Below, one piece after another: positions 12,113 to 27,989 of a stretch of 64,000 nt of DNA. The stretch's first letter is position 1. Every line of letters starts with the position of its first letter. The DNA is from Eledone cirrhosa (lineage: Eukaryota), in NCBI GenBank assembly GCA_964016885.1, contig OZ024741.1, forward strand, positions 297,662,001 to 297,726,000. Reading direction: 5' to 3'. The notes beneath the pieces are model-generated. The model made no database searches, had not been told where the DNA came from, and worked only from the letters and a program-made list of their open reading frames with translations. The position numbers and the translations under genes were made by a program.

Positions 12113-14491
12113 ATATATATGTATATAAATCTACATACATACATATATACATGCATATATTTACGTATGTATATATATACATGCATTTATATTTAAGTGT
12201 GTAAGGATGTTGACATGATTTATGTTGTTGTTTTTTTGGTAAGGAGAAAATTTTTGTCTCCAGATTTTATTACCTAGGGAGATTAAATACCACAGCTCTG
12301 GCTGAAAGTTGACCAGCTTCTCAACCTCATCAAACACTAACGCCGGCCTGTGTGTGTATATATGTGTGTATGTATGTATGTATGTATGTATGTATGTATG
12401 TATGTATGTATGTATGTATGTATGTATGTATGTATGTACGTATGTATGTACGTATATATGTGTATGTATGTTCGTTTCACCACCATTGCTTCGTTTTGTT
12501 GTCATTTCTGTTGAAGTTGTTCTTGTAACTGTTGTAAAAGTTGTCGTTGTCCTTATTTTCATTTTCTTTGATTTCTTTTGTTTTTTCTTTATCTCCCTAG
12601 GGAATTCGTTGACAAGCTTCTTTTATTTATTTTCTTCGTTTTCTTCATTCAAATGCATTCACACTGGTTGTGTAAGAGACGTACAAATATGACTTATAAA
12701 ACTTACCAAACTAAAGGGGGTTCCAGCGCCCCTCTAGCGCCCCCCAAATCTTCAAACGCTCCCCGAACGCCCCTTGCTCCAAAATGCCCCCTGGAGCTCC
12801 GACCTCCCCCCGCCCAGGGGGGGGGGGGGCAATATGCAACTCGTTGAGAACCTTTGTGTTAAACTAATGCATTAAAGGGAAATAATTTTTATCTATATGG
12901 AAGAGTTATTTAACTTTCTGGATAAGTTAAAAACGTCACTACTTGGAAATAATGCACAAGGCTAGCAATTTGTGGTTGTAGGCAATGTCGACTATATCGA
13001 CCCCACTACTTTCTGGTACTGTATTTATCTACTCCAGAATTTGAAAGCAGACCATAGAGGGCCGTAATAAAATACTGCAATGCATTTCATCGGACGCACT
13101 AACGAATCTGCCAATCCACCGCCCCAAAAATTAGAAATAACTATAATGCCTTGAGTACTGTATGTAATGTTGTAGAAGACTAACAATGTGAGTTTTTTAA
13201 AGTTAAAGTTTGTCCCAAGCCGGAGGCTCATAAGACTTGTACTTATCCTGGTTTCAACGGCGTTAAGCGACTGAGAGCACAAGACGCGCCCTAGGAGGAC
13301 AGGAGGACAGTCTATCGCATGTTTAGTCCCCAGCTACTGCTGGCACTCATTTTCAGCTGAGTGTACAGGAGCAACGTGAAATTAAGTGTTTTGCTAAAGA
13401 ACACAATACACCACTTGATCTAGGAATTGAATCCATGACATTCTGATCGTAACAATGTAAACACATGGCTAATAGTCAAAACATACTGTTACTAGTTTAG
13501 ACACAGTTTAGACGCTACTTTTGACCAACATAGAAACTGACCAAAACTTTATTCTTTACTTCATCTAACAATACAATTGCACAGAAATAGTTTTACGCTT
13601 TTAATTCTTATAAGAGAAAGATCTATTCCATTCCATTCATCCTCTGTTAGATGAACCCCAACGTAACGACTTATTTATATTTGTCGTAGGACTACCTATC
13701 CACGCTGGTCACTTGTGGGTTAGACGGGGTATTTTCGTGATCGGTGGTGATCCATGGTCATTGGTCTTTCGGCGAAATTTAAACTGAGGGCACAAAAGTG
13801 CCGGATAGATGACGCAAGGCCTCTCGTCTAATGTGTGTGATAAAGCTGGCTCAATATATTACAGGTACAATCTATCTGATGGGCTTCTACACTTTCCGAC
13901 TAAGTCCTGGGTCCATCCGAGGAGCTATAGTCGTGGACAGTTGACTACGTAATGTAATCGAGGACACACACGCACACACACAAACAGATGTATATACAAG
14001 CACGTCTATACATACGAGCAGATACATATCCACGCATACACAAATACACACACCCCGTGTAAAGTCATCCTTATATATGCGTTTGTGTGTATGCTTGTGC
14101 ATGTATATATGCGCGCGCGCCTCGTCTCCCTCCACTACTACCACAACTGCCACCACCACCACGTAATCTTACTAACAAGTAATTACCACTCACCATCACC
14201 ACTGCATTCCTAAACTTCACTACTACGTCAGCACCACCATATTAACAAGCAAGATCACCATCATCATCGTCATGTGCTAGCCATGTGTTACGAGTCAAGT
14301 CAGTTAATTGGCTTAATAAGCCAGGTTAGGTAAAGGTGTGTCTACAAACTCACAATCACACTCAGACACAAACATAGCTGCACCGACACGCTTACATATA
14401 TACTTGCATACAAGCTCCAGTGCCTACATACGCACGCACACATATACATACTTACATACACACGCATATATACATACAACCACACACACAT

Positions 14492-14559
<68 letters not shown>

Positions 14560-14892
14560 ACATATATATAACTACATACACACGTATACACATACACACG
14601 TATACACATACATACATACATACATACATACATACATACATACATACATACATACATACATACATACATACATACATACACAGAAACATGATATCATCTG
14701 TTGACAGTCATATATTTACCTGCAGTGCTGTTGTCAGCAATTCAAAATATGGCAACTTATAACAACTCAGCCATTACCTAAAACTGCCACCACCACCGCC
14801 ACCACCAACAACACACCACGAGCAGCAGGATCAGCAGTAACAGCAGCAACAATAACAGCAACAACAAAGGTAACATTTACAACAGCTAATTG

Positions 14893-15088
14893 CATACCTG
14901 TCAACTCTTCCTGTCCGACGGGGAGATCTCCCACCCACTTTGGGGTGGGTGCGAGATGTCTTATCTTGTGCGAAAATTGGTATAGTTTTTATTATGTAAA
15001 ATCTCTCCATTTTGCCCCCTTTCTTCCCGTTTTAGGACACTTTTTTTCATGGTACTCCCCGTTTGGATTTTAGAGGTTGGCAGGTCTG
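14893..15088 (+). mobile_element. Non-autonomous DNA transposon (MITE) with 6-bp TSD
   Basis: TIRs catacctgtcaac/gttggcaggtctg and TSD TAATTG on both sides. A second copy is at 28095-28267. Confidence 0.8.
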
Positions 15089-15204
15089 TAATTGAAACAT
15101 CCTTGTTGTTTATTCAGCATCAAATTTTAGTGTATTGGTTTTGCTTTTTTTCTTCTTTTTCTAAATACAATATATTTTCTAAATATATTATAAATATAAA
15201 TAAT

Positions 15205-15450
15205 ATGCCTAGGGTTCTGCTGCTCGCCAGGTCAAAAAGGGCAAACTGTCCAAGTATCGGCCACTCACTGATAGGTTTGTGGTAGAGCCTGTAGCAGTGG
15301 AGACTTCCGGCGTTCTTGGCCCCCGAACCACATCGCGCTCACTGCTATCGGAACGGAGTTGGCCACCCGCGAGGTGGAGTTGCTGTTCCAAAGCGTCTCT
15401 TTCACCGTTCTCCGGGGCAATGCATTATCCACCCTGTCTGCCGGGATCTA
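15205..15450 (+). mobile_element. CRE-like (restriction-like endonuclease) non-LTR 3' fragment; related fragments at 15709-15795(-), 23443-23530(-), 27860-27965(-)
   Basis: Translations KYRPL..RF.VEPVAVETSG.LG, FQ.VS..VLRGNA, VSLAVLRGNAFSIL and WLFQRLSLAITCGN match the C-terminal signature of CRE-type elements. Confidence 0.7.
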
Positions 15451-16646
15451 GAGTCGGAGGGAAAGTTAGTTGGAGGTGGAGGATACTCATTTACATATAC
15501 TTCATGTTAAAATTGATAGCTTGCTCTTGTACTCTATAAATTGCTCTGACACAAATAATTCTAATATAGGCATACTAACAGCAATTTGGGAGAAGGAGAT
15601 AGACGATTAAGTTATTTGCTATGAGTCTCTGTTAATCACATGGGGCAAACATCAAGTTCTAGAAAATCGAACTTTCCAGTTGTCTTCCTGTTTCTTCTAC
15701 AACAACTACAACGGTACGCGATGGGGCCCACCCACAGCCCCGGCGGTCAGAATGGAGAAGGCGTTTCCTCGGAGGACGGCGAGGGAGACGCGATAGACGA
15801 TTAAATCAAACCCAGTCATTGGCTGGCACTTTATCTTATCGTCCCCGCAAGGATGAAAGGCAAAGTTGTCTTTGAAGGGATTTGAATTCAGAATGTAGAG
15901 AGCCGGAACAAATACCACAAATAGTTTATCCAACGCTCTAACGATTCTATCAGTTCACCAACTTCAACAACAACAGCAACAACAATAATAATTGTTTCTA
16001 CAATAGGCACAAGGCCAGCAAAAAATACCCAGTACGTTACTGGTACTTTATTTTATCGACCCCGTAAGGATGAAAGGCAAAGTTAACCAAGGCGGGATTT
16101 GAACTCGGAACGTAAAGGGTCATAACTCCATGCTGAAAAGTATCGTGTCTGACGCTCTACCGATGCTACCAATCCACCGCCTTAGCAACAACAACAACAA
16201 TAATAACAATGACACTGCACCCGTATTACACAGGGTATATTCACTAAAATAGCATTACAAAGCACTGTATACGTATTGTACTTAATATTTCCATTAGAAG
16301 AACATTACTGACGGCGGGTGTTCCAGTTGGTTGCACAACGGAACAGTCTGATGGAATTAACGTGCAAGTGGTTGAGCATTCCACAGCCACGTGTACACGT
16401 GTACAATTTAACGCAATTCTCAGAGAGATTCAGCGTGTCACAGTGTTGGACAAAGCTGGCCATTTGAATTGAGGTACAACTCAATTTTTGCCAGCTGAGT
16501 TGACTATAGTATCGAAAAATAAAGTGTCTTCCTTAAGTAGATACGCATCGTTTGTGATGGAACTCGCAACCCTACAATCGTAAACCAAAACCCATTACCA
16601 CACACACACACATACACACAAACACACATACACGCACATATAATAA

Positions 16647-16711
<65 letters not shown>

Positions 16712-16714
<3 letters not shown>

Positions 16715-16879
16715 AAGAAATTAAAAGATGGTTAAGAAAGTTCCATGAATTTTATTATGCGCATTTCAAAAACAAATATCATCCTGGGACGATATTTGCG
16801 TTCTCATCAGATAAAATAGGGAGACATGATATGAAGCTTAAAAAAAACAACACTTGTGAGTAGTGTCTCACCTCCTACA
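16712..16879. mobile_element. PLE family H footprint: inverted pLTR arm with hammerhead on - strand (16750-16816) + last 13 nt of tail
   Basis: Matches the left arm of 51314-51480 and ends ctcacctcctaca, the end of the family H tail. Lies in (TA)n. Confidence 0.8.
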
Positions 16880-16881
16880 TA

Positions 16882-16971
<90 letters not shown>

Positions 16972-17010
16972 CACATGCACACACACACGTATACATATAT
17001 GAATATACGC

Positions 17011-17052
<42 letters not shown>

Positions 17053-17086
17053 GCACACACACACGTATACATATATGAATATACGC

Positions 17087-17147
<61 letters not shown>

Positions 17148-17254
17148 TATTCAATGTGGTCTACCTTTCGTGGTAAAACAATTAATGAAATATGTAAAAA
17201 TAACTTGCCTTTGTTATTATTATCGTTTTTAAACTAATATGTAATATATATATA

Positions 17255-17365
<111 letters not shown>

Positions 17366-17435
17366 CATGTGTGCGTGTGTGTGTGTGTATGTATGTGTGT
17401 GTGTATATATATATATATATGTGTGTGTATATATA

Positions 17436-17483
<48 letters not shown>

Positions 17484-17491
17484 ATATATAT

Positions 17492-17522
17492 ATACGAGGG
17501 TCGACTGAAAAGTTCACAGGTT
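17492..17522 (+). mobile_element. Tc1/mariner-like terminal inverted repeat fragment
   Basis: TA-cgagggtcgactgaaaagttc resembles mariner TIR starts (TACGAGGG). No partner TIR is visible. Confidence 0.4.
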
Positions 17523-18189
17523 GTCTACATGTGTGTGTGTGTGTAGGTATCTGTGTGTGTGTTTGCAAAAAGTCAACAAAGGAAAATGATACAGTAGAAT
17601 GATGCTATGTATTAGCTCAGGGTCTCACACCGAAGGACAGAAAAGGGCCATTCCGACCTGTGAGGGAGACATAGCAGACCTAAAGTGAGGCGAGGGAGAT
17701 GTGTGATTTCCCCCAGTTATATAATGTAGATCTGCAAAACAGCTGATAGGCTGCTCTTTATTTACTTTTCATCAAAATGAACAAACATACCGGTGCCCCA
17801 TCATGGCCTCAGACTGGGGGTCGGAACACATGATTGAGTACTAGAGTAATATAATAAGTAAGTGGAGTATGTGAATGAGTACAACATTTTCTGTTTCAAA
17901 TATTCGGTAAATTGTAATAAATTGTACTTTAATATTAAAAAAAGAGGAAACGAAAGCAAAATTCTAAGTTTTGTCACGTTTAAAGAGATAACAGATATCT
18001 TCAACAAAAATTAATAAAACTTTTTAAATTCAAATCAAGAAACAAATTTTATATATTTATTTTTTATATATATGTTTTTATTTGAAAATCTATGTTTATA
18101 AGTTTATAATTAAGATATTTTACAAACAAAAGTTATACAACAATGGAAATATTAAAAAAGAAAAAACAATTAAACAAAATTAAGTAATG

Positions 18190-18870
18190 AAAAAAGGAGG
18201 AAGAGGTAAAGAAGGGCAGATCTGGGTGTGTAGGAAAGTGGAGGAAAGGACTATAAATACCATAAATTAGAAGAAAAGATGGGACAGAGCAAGGACTATA
18301 GGGGAATAGCAAAGATTATTAGGCAACGGAGGAAAGAGAGGAGGTGGGGAGAGAGAATGACAGACTCTACACCTAGGTCAGGTGGTGTTTCGGCTGCACC
18401 CCGCTGACAAAACTGCAAAGGTATTTTGCGCACAATGGCCAGCGACACGCTGCGAGTCTTCTTCCTCAGACGGGCTGCTGACGTTCTGATTTTAGGAGGA
18501 GCTCGGCTGTACGGAGTTCGATGACGGTGACCTCTGCAAAGAGTAAGCAGGTGGACAAGCCCCTGTATTTTTGCCCTTTCTGTACATATTTTAAAGCATA
18601 ACAGTCTCTGGAAATTTGTTATTAAAAATTTTACATTCTAAATAAAAAAAACAAAATGCCTAAGCAATTTTGTCCGTGGGGCGCAGCCGAAACACAGCCC
18701 TGACCTAGGCGTAGAGTCTGTCACCCTCTCTCCTTCCCCCTCTCTTTCTTCCATGGCCTAATAGTTCTTGCTCTTTCCCTCCTTTTCTTCTCATTTATGG
18801 CATTTACAGTCCTTTCCGTTACTTTCCTATTCAGCCAGATCTGCCCTTCTTTACCCCATCTCCCTTTTTG
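18190..18870. repeat. Diverged ~220-bp inverted repeat, probable old PLE insertion
   Basis: Arms at ~18190-18416 and ~18664-18870. The minus strand has CTGAGGA ... GAAACACC...GGTGTA, a decayed long-stem hammerhead. Confidence 0.6.
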
Positions 18871-18930
18871 TGAGGAGAGTCTTAGTTGTTTGTTATTTTT
18901 CTCAATCTCCATAGATACGCATCACACGTG

Positions 18931-19067
<137 letters not shown>

Positions 19068-19451
19068 AATGATAGCTTGAATAATAATTCAGTAAAACGC
19101 ACAAAGAAAGAAAAGAAATATTGATTAAATGAGATGGATTTATCAAAAGTAAGTCAGCTATGTTTATATATCATTTTTACAGATTTATATATTATTATCA
19201 AATAACATTTATTGCAACCGGGTGAATGTATTAATTGTCTTGTTTTGTTTGTTCTTTTGGCAATATAGTTTCTTATGTAAACATAGAATATATATATTGA
19301 ATATATTATTTTTCATTAACTATCTCCAAATATAGAGTGGTGGATTGGCAGTATAGGTAGAGCTAGAGCGTTGGGCAAAATGGTTTGCTGTATTTAGGTA
19401 CGACTTTCTACTTTCAGAGTTCAAATCCCGCTGTGGTCAGTATATATATAT

Positions 19452-19645
19452 ATATGAAAAAATCGGGACACCGACAGCTGAGCTCTGGCCGTTTCAACAG
19501 CTAGATCCGAGTTCGGATCTAGCTGTTGAAACGGCTGGAGCTAAGCCGTCGGGATCCCGATTTTTTCATATTACCCACTCTACTACCCCAAGTATCGAGT
19601 ACTCTGGTAAGTAATGGTCTAACTGGTTTTTACCGCGTCCAATCT

Positions 19646-19646
<1 letters not shown>
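19452..19646 (+). mobile_element. PLE family A palindrome + tail in (TA)n
   Basis: ~60-bp arms centred on 19511, containing the hammerhead 3' half GAAACGGC...GCCGTC. The tail is tacccactctactacc..agtatcgagtact. Confidence 0.8.
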
Positions 19647-19680
<34 letters not shown>

Positions 19681-19948
19681 AGTAAAAGATATATCTATAT
19701 CGTTTAAATTTGAATAATTGATGCTCTGAACCAAGGTGCAATTAAATTTATTTATTGAATTTATTTATTTAGAAAGATGATCACCATACATTTTAAATAT
19801 GTATTGATACCTTAACATAGTATATATATATATAAGAAGAAACAGGGGCTGTGAAGTTGCTGCATAAGGTGTACTTATAAATAAGAGGAAAGCATGAACG
19901 GGAGAAAATGTTCCTTCATCAGTTGTCTGCTGGGGAGGATCATGGATA

Positions 19949-19996
<48 letters not shown>

Positions 19997-20003
<7 letters not shown>

Positions 20004-20467
20004 CAGCGAGATCGTATTTCGGCTGTGGTCAAAATCAAAGCGAAACGCAATTTTCGAGATATGCGGCAAGCGCTCAATGGACTAAAAGAAGACCAGAGCA
20101 ATTAACATACGTTATAGAGGCCAAACAAACTGAAAACGGCGGTCATGAAGCTATCAGCCACCGGACCCCGCCCCCCAAAAACGAAGCAAGCTAAACAGGT
20201 TAAACAATATATATAACCAAAATTAAATTAAAGATGCTATGTCTGAGAATATCAGAAGCATGCGCCATATTACCTATGGAATAAGTTCAAAGATTACAAG
20301 CAATAAATCCGAGCATTTATTAACATAAAATTAAAAGTCATATATATATAGACATATATATATAAAATAAACACATCAAACAATTACAGGGGAAAATTTA
20401 AAAAGTATCCCCTGTAATTGTTTGATGTTTATTTATATATATATGTCAATCGACTTTTAATTTTATG

Positions 20468-20470
<3 letters not shown>
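19997..20470 (-). mobile_element. PLE-like footprint: tail at left, inverted pair 20323-20392/20409-20468; related tail at 22252-22470(-)
   Basis: Tail (reverse complement) cattgagcgcttgccgc..tcg...ctcgctga is homologous to the tails at 22252, 32952, 47847 and 50010. Lies in (TA)n. Confidence 0.6.
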
Positions 20471-20524
<54 letters not shown>

Positions 20525-21168
20525 ATCTAAGGATAGATCATCGAATCGATACAAATAGGTCTGCTCGACCAGGTTTGACCTGGGGTTAAACAACAGTGTA
20601 ACGCAGAAGTTTTGAACTTACCAAACTAGCGTTTCATTATTAGTTTTTTAATTAATTAATTTGTCTAATAAGACCAAAACAATGACAACAATCATAATTA
20701 TTGTATTTTTATCTTGTTACAGCCAGGAACCGTTTCAGAAATATCTCATAGCTGTATGGAGAAGAGACTGTTTAAGTTAAGTCACTGAATAAAACACATA
20801 CAACAACAGCAACAACAAGGTGGTAACGCAACGTGATCACGCGGTTAGGTCTGCAAGAAATAACAGTCAAATTCTCTTAAGTCTGAACTCATCATATTGA
20901 AAAGAGAAAAGATACACTAGTTCCGGATATTATTAAAATGACAGGATGGTCTCAGCTGGAATGTCTTTTATCATAGATCTACTCAATTGAAATTGATTTG
21001 AGTCTAAACATTAGCAACAACAGCCGCAACAGCAATATCAATAACAAGGACAACAGCAACAGTAATAGCAAAAACAGCAGCAAGAACAAGTACGTCTACA
21101 ACAACAGCAACAACAATAGTAATAACAAGGACCGCAGCAACAACAACTATAATAGCAATAGTAATTAT

Positions 21169-21385
<217 letters not shown>

Positions 21386-22194
21386 AGTAAACGGTTTTTA
21401 ACGTCGTCTTCAACATTATCTTTATCATCATCATCAACATCAATATCTCCATCAACATCATCGTCATCATAATCGTCAAGTGTAACAACAAAACAACAAT
21501 AACAACAGTAATGACAATCAGTTGCTATTTCTATCAAGTACCACCACCAAGATTAACATATATTCGTCAAAAACAACAGCAACACTAGCAACAACAACCA
21601 CAACAATAACTACTTCAATACCAACACAGTAAAAGATTACAACAATAACTCGTTCAGACATCACTTTCTAGTTCTTTTCAAATCTCTTTATTTATTTGTT
21701 TAACTTATAGACAAACTAATATATATATATATATATATATATATGAGCATCTCTACAGCAATAACTACAAAAAGCTTAAAGGTTTACCGGCAATACCAAA
21801 AATAACAACAACGTTATCATCAGTGTATCGGCAGGCACAACAAAATCCCAGCAATAAAATCGATGGAACATCGAAGTAAAATATATATGTTGGTGCAGAT
21901 CTGAAATCAAATGAATATACACTGACCCGCAGACACTGTTTTATATATTCACATACATAATCATACAGAGACATAAATACACACACTCAGCCACCAACAC
22001 TTATATATATATACACACACACAGAGAAAGAGAGAGACAGAGACAGGGTTTCAACTAAGTTCGTGTACGCGTTATCAATTTATATATGTATATAAGACCC
22101 TCTCCCTGCTATATCAAGCGTTAACCTAATATATACCTTCCATATACTGTACCGATTGTGTTGTTATTTCTGTTTGCCTTTTACATACATACAT

Positions 22195-22251
<57 letters not shown>

Positions 22252-24251
22252 AATAAAGATTCAGCGAGAATCGCTATTCGGCGGGCAGGAAAGGCGAAAC
22301 GAAACGCAAAAAATCAGAAATGACACTGGCAAAGTGCTCAATAGTTAAAAACCAGAGCTAAACAATGTGTTAAGAAGCCATACAAAACTGAAAAGGTGGT
22401 CAAGAAGGCATTAACCACCCAAGCCAAAAAAACAAATCAAGCTAAACAAGTCAAAACAAATTAAATGATAAAAAAAAAAATATATATATATATAGTACCA
22501 ATTTATAAATACATATACATACATACAAACAGGCGTACATAAATACTTTATATACCTTCAGATAACCTACAAAGTGTATAGAGTTAGAAACAAGACACGC
22601 GTAGTGCAGATATTGAACGCGTAATTGATACTCACACATGTATAGTAAATACAGCCACATTGTGCCCACCCTTATAAACAAAGTACATTTGTACAGAGAC
22701 ATATATCAATACATGCACACACGTCTACATATATACCTTTATGCTGTTCTAGATATTTATAAAAGTACGTTTATAATGAATAGAAGAGAGAGAAGACATT
22801 CCGTCTTCGATTACAAGAAATATAGAGAATTTGAAACAGGTATTAGATACAGAGAATATCAGTATGTATAGCGTATTGTATATTATATATATAGCATATC
22901 AGGATTTATAACTTATCAGGATGTATAGCTTATTGTATATATATATATAGCATATCAGGATGTATAACTTATTGTATATATATAACATATCAGGATGTAT
23001 AATTTCGAAGATACAGAATATATCAGATATAGCCCATATCAATTGAAATAATCGAAAATTTCGACAACTCACTATTCGTTATAATTTTGCTATCTTATAT
23101 TTAAAGCTTACATCTCTTTCCAGCAATCTCAGAATAAAGATAAATGTCTGAAGCATTAGGTTAGGTTCTTCAGCTTCACTGCAATTGAACTTTTAGAACG
23201 TTCATAGTTGCATAAATAACATTACAAATTGTTTATAATTCTTACAGAATGAAAATATAAACACATATATGAATACAATTAATTATTGCTAGGGACCTCA
23301 CAAATGTAATGCACAAAAATATATGATCAAAGCGAGAGAAAAAGAAAAGGAAAGGAGAAAAATAAACAAAGATAACTATTAATTCACCACCAAGTGCAAC
23401 AATTGGTTGCACAACACATTACAAGGGTCAACGGAAAATTTTGAGGCAAGCCAACACGCTGACAGTATTACCGCAGGTGATGGCGAGGCTAAGGCGCTGA
23501 AACAACCAGGCAATCTTCTAGATCTCTATCATATGTATAATGTATTTCTAATTATACAATCTGTCGAAGTTAACATTCGTGTGTATTTTAAACTTGACTT
23601 TATTTAAAAAGAATTTTTTTTTCGTAGTTAATGCGTTGTGATAAATGTCTATTGTGAATGGAAAACAAGTTATCGCGATTTGGGTTTAAAAAGAAAGGAA
23701 GAGAGGTAAACGAGCAAAAATAAAACGAAAGAACCAGTTAGTAATTAGCACACTAGAAAACAGTTTTTATTCATCAAACCATTCACACTTTTATCCTTTC
23801 ATTTTGGTGAAAACAAAGGATTCGAACTAGGTTCACATGAACAGTGTTGAACTTCCATCGGTTCCGCCGACTATTGTTCCAGTCATTTGAACAACGGAAT
23901 AACCAGTACATGAAATTAACTTAAAAGTGACTGAGCATTTCAGACGCATGTACCATTATACAATTCTCAGGGAGATTCAGCGTCACATGGTACGAGACAA
24001 CGCTGGACCTTTGAATTTACAAATACATTTGTTAGCTAAGTGGATTCGTGCAAAGTGAAATAAAGTGTCTTGTTAAGAACATAGTGCGCCTAACTTATTA
24101 AACCAAGCGCCTTCATTCTTCTGAACACTGAGACATGTACATCCAAATAATTTAACTTTTTACTGTCGTTGTTGGTGTTATCTCTCTCTTTCTTTCCTTC
24201 ACTCTCTCCCGCTCTTTTTCTCTCTTCGCCCCCCCCCCCCCTCTCGCACAC

Positions 24252-24284
<33 letters not shown>

Positions 24285-24857
24285 ATTTTTGTTATACTAT
24301 CCTTCCCTTCGCCGTTTCCAGCAAAGACTTGGAGGACTTTAATGGTATATTTACGTCCATTTCAAAACACGGTACAATTTTGCACACATACGATACGAAC
24401 AAACAATATTTATAACCAAAAGATGTTGATATATTTTCGGCTGAATCATTCAAATTATTCATATAAAATCGGATGCATGTATGTATTTATGAACCACCAA
24501 TAATGGATATCGTAGAAATATCCTGTATGACAACAAAGCAAAATTGTTGAATCTACAATTTTTGTAACGTTAAAAGAATGGAGATTGAGCATTATTCTAT
24601 TAAATGGATTTCATGAATTTAATGTTTACAGTGGAAATATATTTACATATTTATATGCTTGTAATATCGTTGACAACAGTGTAGCAATACGAAATAGAAA
24701 CGATATAACAGCAATGTAAAATCAAGACTGTAACACACACACACACACACACACAAACCACACACACGCACACAATCACATATACACACATTTATATATA
24801 CATATTTATATATACATATATAAAGACCTTTTGTTTATACATACATACATACATACA

Positions 24858-24888
<31 letters not shown>

Positions 24889-25479
24889 CGTTCATTCTTT
24901 CATACGTTAATAACTAATAACAAATAAAACTGAAAACCTTATACAAGAAGTAAAATAGAAAATGACTCCAATATAGGACAGCTGTGAAGGTGTCTTATAA
25001 CAATTGCAGAGAATAATATTTGCTATGAGGCCAGAGTTAACGTGGCCGACTGGTAGTCGAGTTTACTCAGCGATATGTAAGTATAACAAATTGTTTTTTA
25101 CTAATTGATACTGAAAAAAACATTTTCTTTCAGAACATGTATTATTGTCTCTCGATGGATCTCCGTTGGTTTTGACGATGAATGTTCCAGTTGGTCAATC
25201 AACTGAGCAGTCTGTTTATGAAAGTAAGGTGTAAGTGGCTGAACATTCAACAGGCATATGTACCCATAACTTAATTCTCAAGTAGATTCAGTGTGACACA
25301 GCACGCGACAAGACTAGTTACAGTTACAGTTCATCCGCTGTGCTTCCAGTTTCCCTCGTCCCAATTTCACTCAGAAGACATGGGACCATCTGTGGCTATG
25401 ATAAATGACTATTGCTCAAGTTGCCACAAAGTGGAACCTAATGGCTGCAAAACGAACTTCTTAACCATTAAGCCATGCT

Positions 25480-25700
25480 ACGTCTACAATATGAAATCAG
25501 TACATCTTTCCAAAATGGCTGACTGAATACGTATGTGAATTTTTCTCATTTTTTCCCCGTTCTTCCCACTTCTTAATCTCTTTATAGTTCATCTTTTATT
25601 TCTCATTCTATCTTCTGATGAATGACGAGTGTCCGAAACATTAAGACTCTTTTCCTATTATTTCAAGCGCTAAACTAATATATTTCTTCATTGTACTGTG
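25480..25700 (+). mobile_element. Decayed PLE 3' end with degenerate hammerhead (25611-25646)
   Basis: tctt-CTGATGA-a-tgac gagt gtcc-GAAAC-att-aaga following a pyrimidine-rich UTR. Confidence 0.5.
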
Positions 25701-25971
25701 TCGTTTGCTTTGTTATTTCTATTTGCTTTTTACAACTCCCCCACACAACACACACAAACCCCTCACCCCACCCCCCATATATATATATACTTCGTCTTTG
25801 TATTTGTTTTGCAAGATTTCTTATCTGAAAACGCGTTTTTAAACAGATATTGTTGTACTTTAAGAGAGTCATGCTGCCAATAAAAACATATACACCTGTT
25901 GGATTTCACTTCAATTTATTATTAACTCCCAGTCGGTTAGTTTAATAACCGGATGGTTGTTTGATTGTTGA

Positions 25972-26018
25972 TTGTCAAAGCTTTTTCATCACATATTCTG
26001 TGACTTCCTCAGTGACAA
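25972..26018 (-). ncRNA. Minimal hammerhead motif of a decayed minus-strand PLE (~25900-26380)
   Basis: Reverse complement reads ttgtca-CTGAGGA-a-gtcaca gaata tgtgat-GAAA-aagc-TT-tgacaa. Confidence 0.7.
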
Positions 26019-27199
26019 CTTTTGTTGTTATTTTTTGTCTCTCCTTTCTTTCGTCCTACACCATCTTGTTTTTGTGAAGGGTGGATTGGTTTGAATCTAG
26101 AAATATTAACTTGCTCAGAATTCGTAAAGAAAAAGAACAAACAGTATTGTTTTCGCACTCCACCCAGCTGACAGAATACGGAATTTAGATAAAGATCTGT
26201 TAATCTGGTTCATGTTTAGTAACTAAACTATATATAGAAGTAAACATGTGGTCGGGTTAAGGATATAAAGCTGGTGATAATCACAACTATTTATTTACAG
26301 AAAGACAACAGAGGACAACAGCTTTTCGTATCCAACGTCTAGCAATGGAGATTTAATGTCAATCGAAGCGACATTTATAATATGATTACGTGATTTCTAT
26401 TATTACCATGACCACAGCAAAGGAATCGATCACAAATAACAAATATTTACTTGAACGACTTTTTACTCTCTCACTCTCTCTCTCTTTTTTTTCTACTCTC
26501 TCACACCCTCTCCTCTCTCAATCTGTCTCACTCTCTCATCCCCTCTCCTTTCTCTCCTCTCCATCCTCCCCTCTCCTCTCTCTTTCTCTCGCTCTTTTCC
26601 CCATCTCTCTTTCTCCCTCTCTCTCTTCTCTCCTCCTCCCTCCCCATTCTCTCCCTTTCGCTCTCCCTCCTCCTTTCTTATTCTCTGAACATGAAAATCT
26701 TTGTTGAAATATTTCGCACTCCACTTCACTCCCATAGTGTTAATCTTTGTCTCCCTGTCTTTTGCTACTCTTCTATCTTTATCTGTTTTCCCCCCAGGTT
26801 TCAATCTTAGGCTAAGCGTTTCCTGAAAATGTGCTCCGAATTATTTTGGATTAGAATACCGACTAGAGAACACGTCTAGCCACAATTCTCACTTAGCGGA
26901 ACATAATATTTTGCCTGATGTAGAGAAGATATCCAACGACAGGCAAAAACAAGTATCTCATTAAACAAGTTACCATTTCTGCCTGTATTTTATTTGTAGT
27001 AAGGAATGTTATTAAAGTAATATCACATAAAATTTATTGTTCTTCTTTAAATCCCGGGATTAAGGTAGCCTTCTGGACAGAGCAGTCTGAGGTCGAGCAA
27101 ATTTATTATATTTTGATATCATGGCCCGCCGAAGAGACACTGCATTGCAATGTGACCTGCACACCCCAAAAGGTTGTCGACCCCTGATATATATCATCC

Positions 27200-27230
<31 letters not shown>

Positions 27231-27989
27231 CTTCTTCTTCTTCTTCTTCTTCTTCTTCTTCTTCTTCTTCTTTTTCTTCTTCTTGAGAGGGTCGTGGGGG
27301 AACAGTCCCCAAACATTCCTTCCTATCAAAAACAACCGTCTCCAACTGATCCGGCTGGATCCCATCATCCAAATATAAATTATAATTTTAAGAAAAGGTT
27401 CAAATCGGACGATGTGTTGTGTTATATTGTTTGGTAGTAACTCCGTTATTGACCGATGGAAATGACGGTGGTTCAACCACACACAGTAACCCCGTATTGT
27501 ATGAGATGTATTAATTCGTTGGCTGGTTATTGTATAAAGTATACGTTGTCACATAGGCTATGAGCTGTGTCGAGCAATGTTGTTGTTTTGTTTGTTTGTT
27601 TTTATTGTGTGTAACTCTATGAACCATAGCATGTTTCTGTTTTTGTTCATATGGCTGGTAATATTTTCACTTCATGGTTCACATCCTGTTTTTATAGTAA
27701 GGCTTAAGAGTGCTGAGTTAGTAAAATAGATGAACTTTTCATTATTAAGGAGATGTTATGTATCAAATTAAATACATATACACCAGGTCCGAACACAAAG
27801 GAACCAAACCCCTACTGTCACTGCCTCCGTCTCTCCCGCTCTCCCCATCTCTCACTATTATGAACGAATGGGGACCCACGCTCTGGCTACCCGCGGCCCC
27901 GGCGGATAGAATAGAGAAGGCGCTTCCCCGGAGGATAGAAGAGCTGTTCCAGCTCGGGAGGCTCACACCTGCGGGTGAGGTTTTTGTAC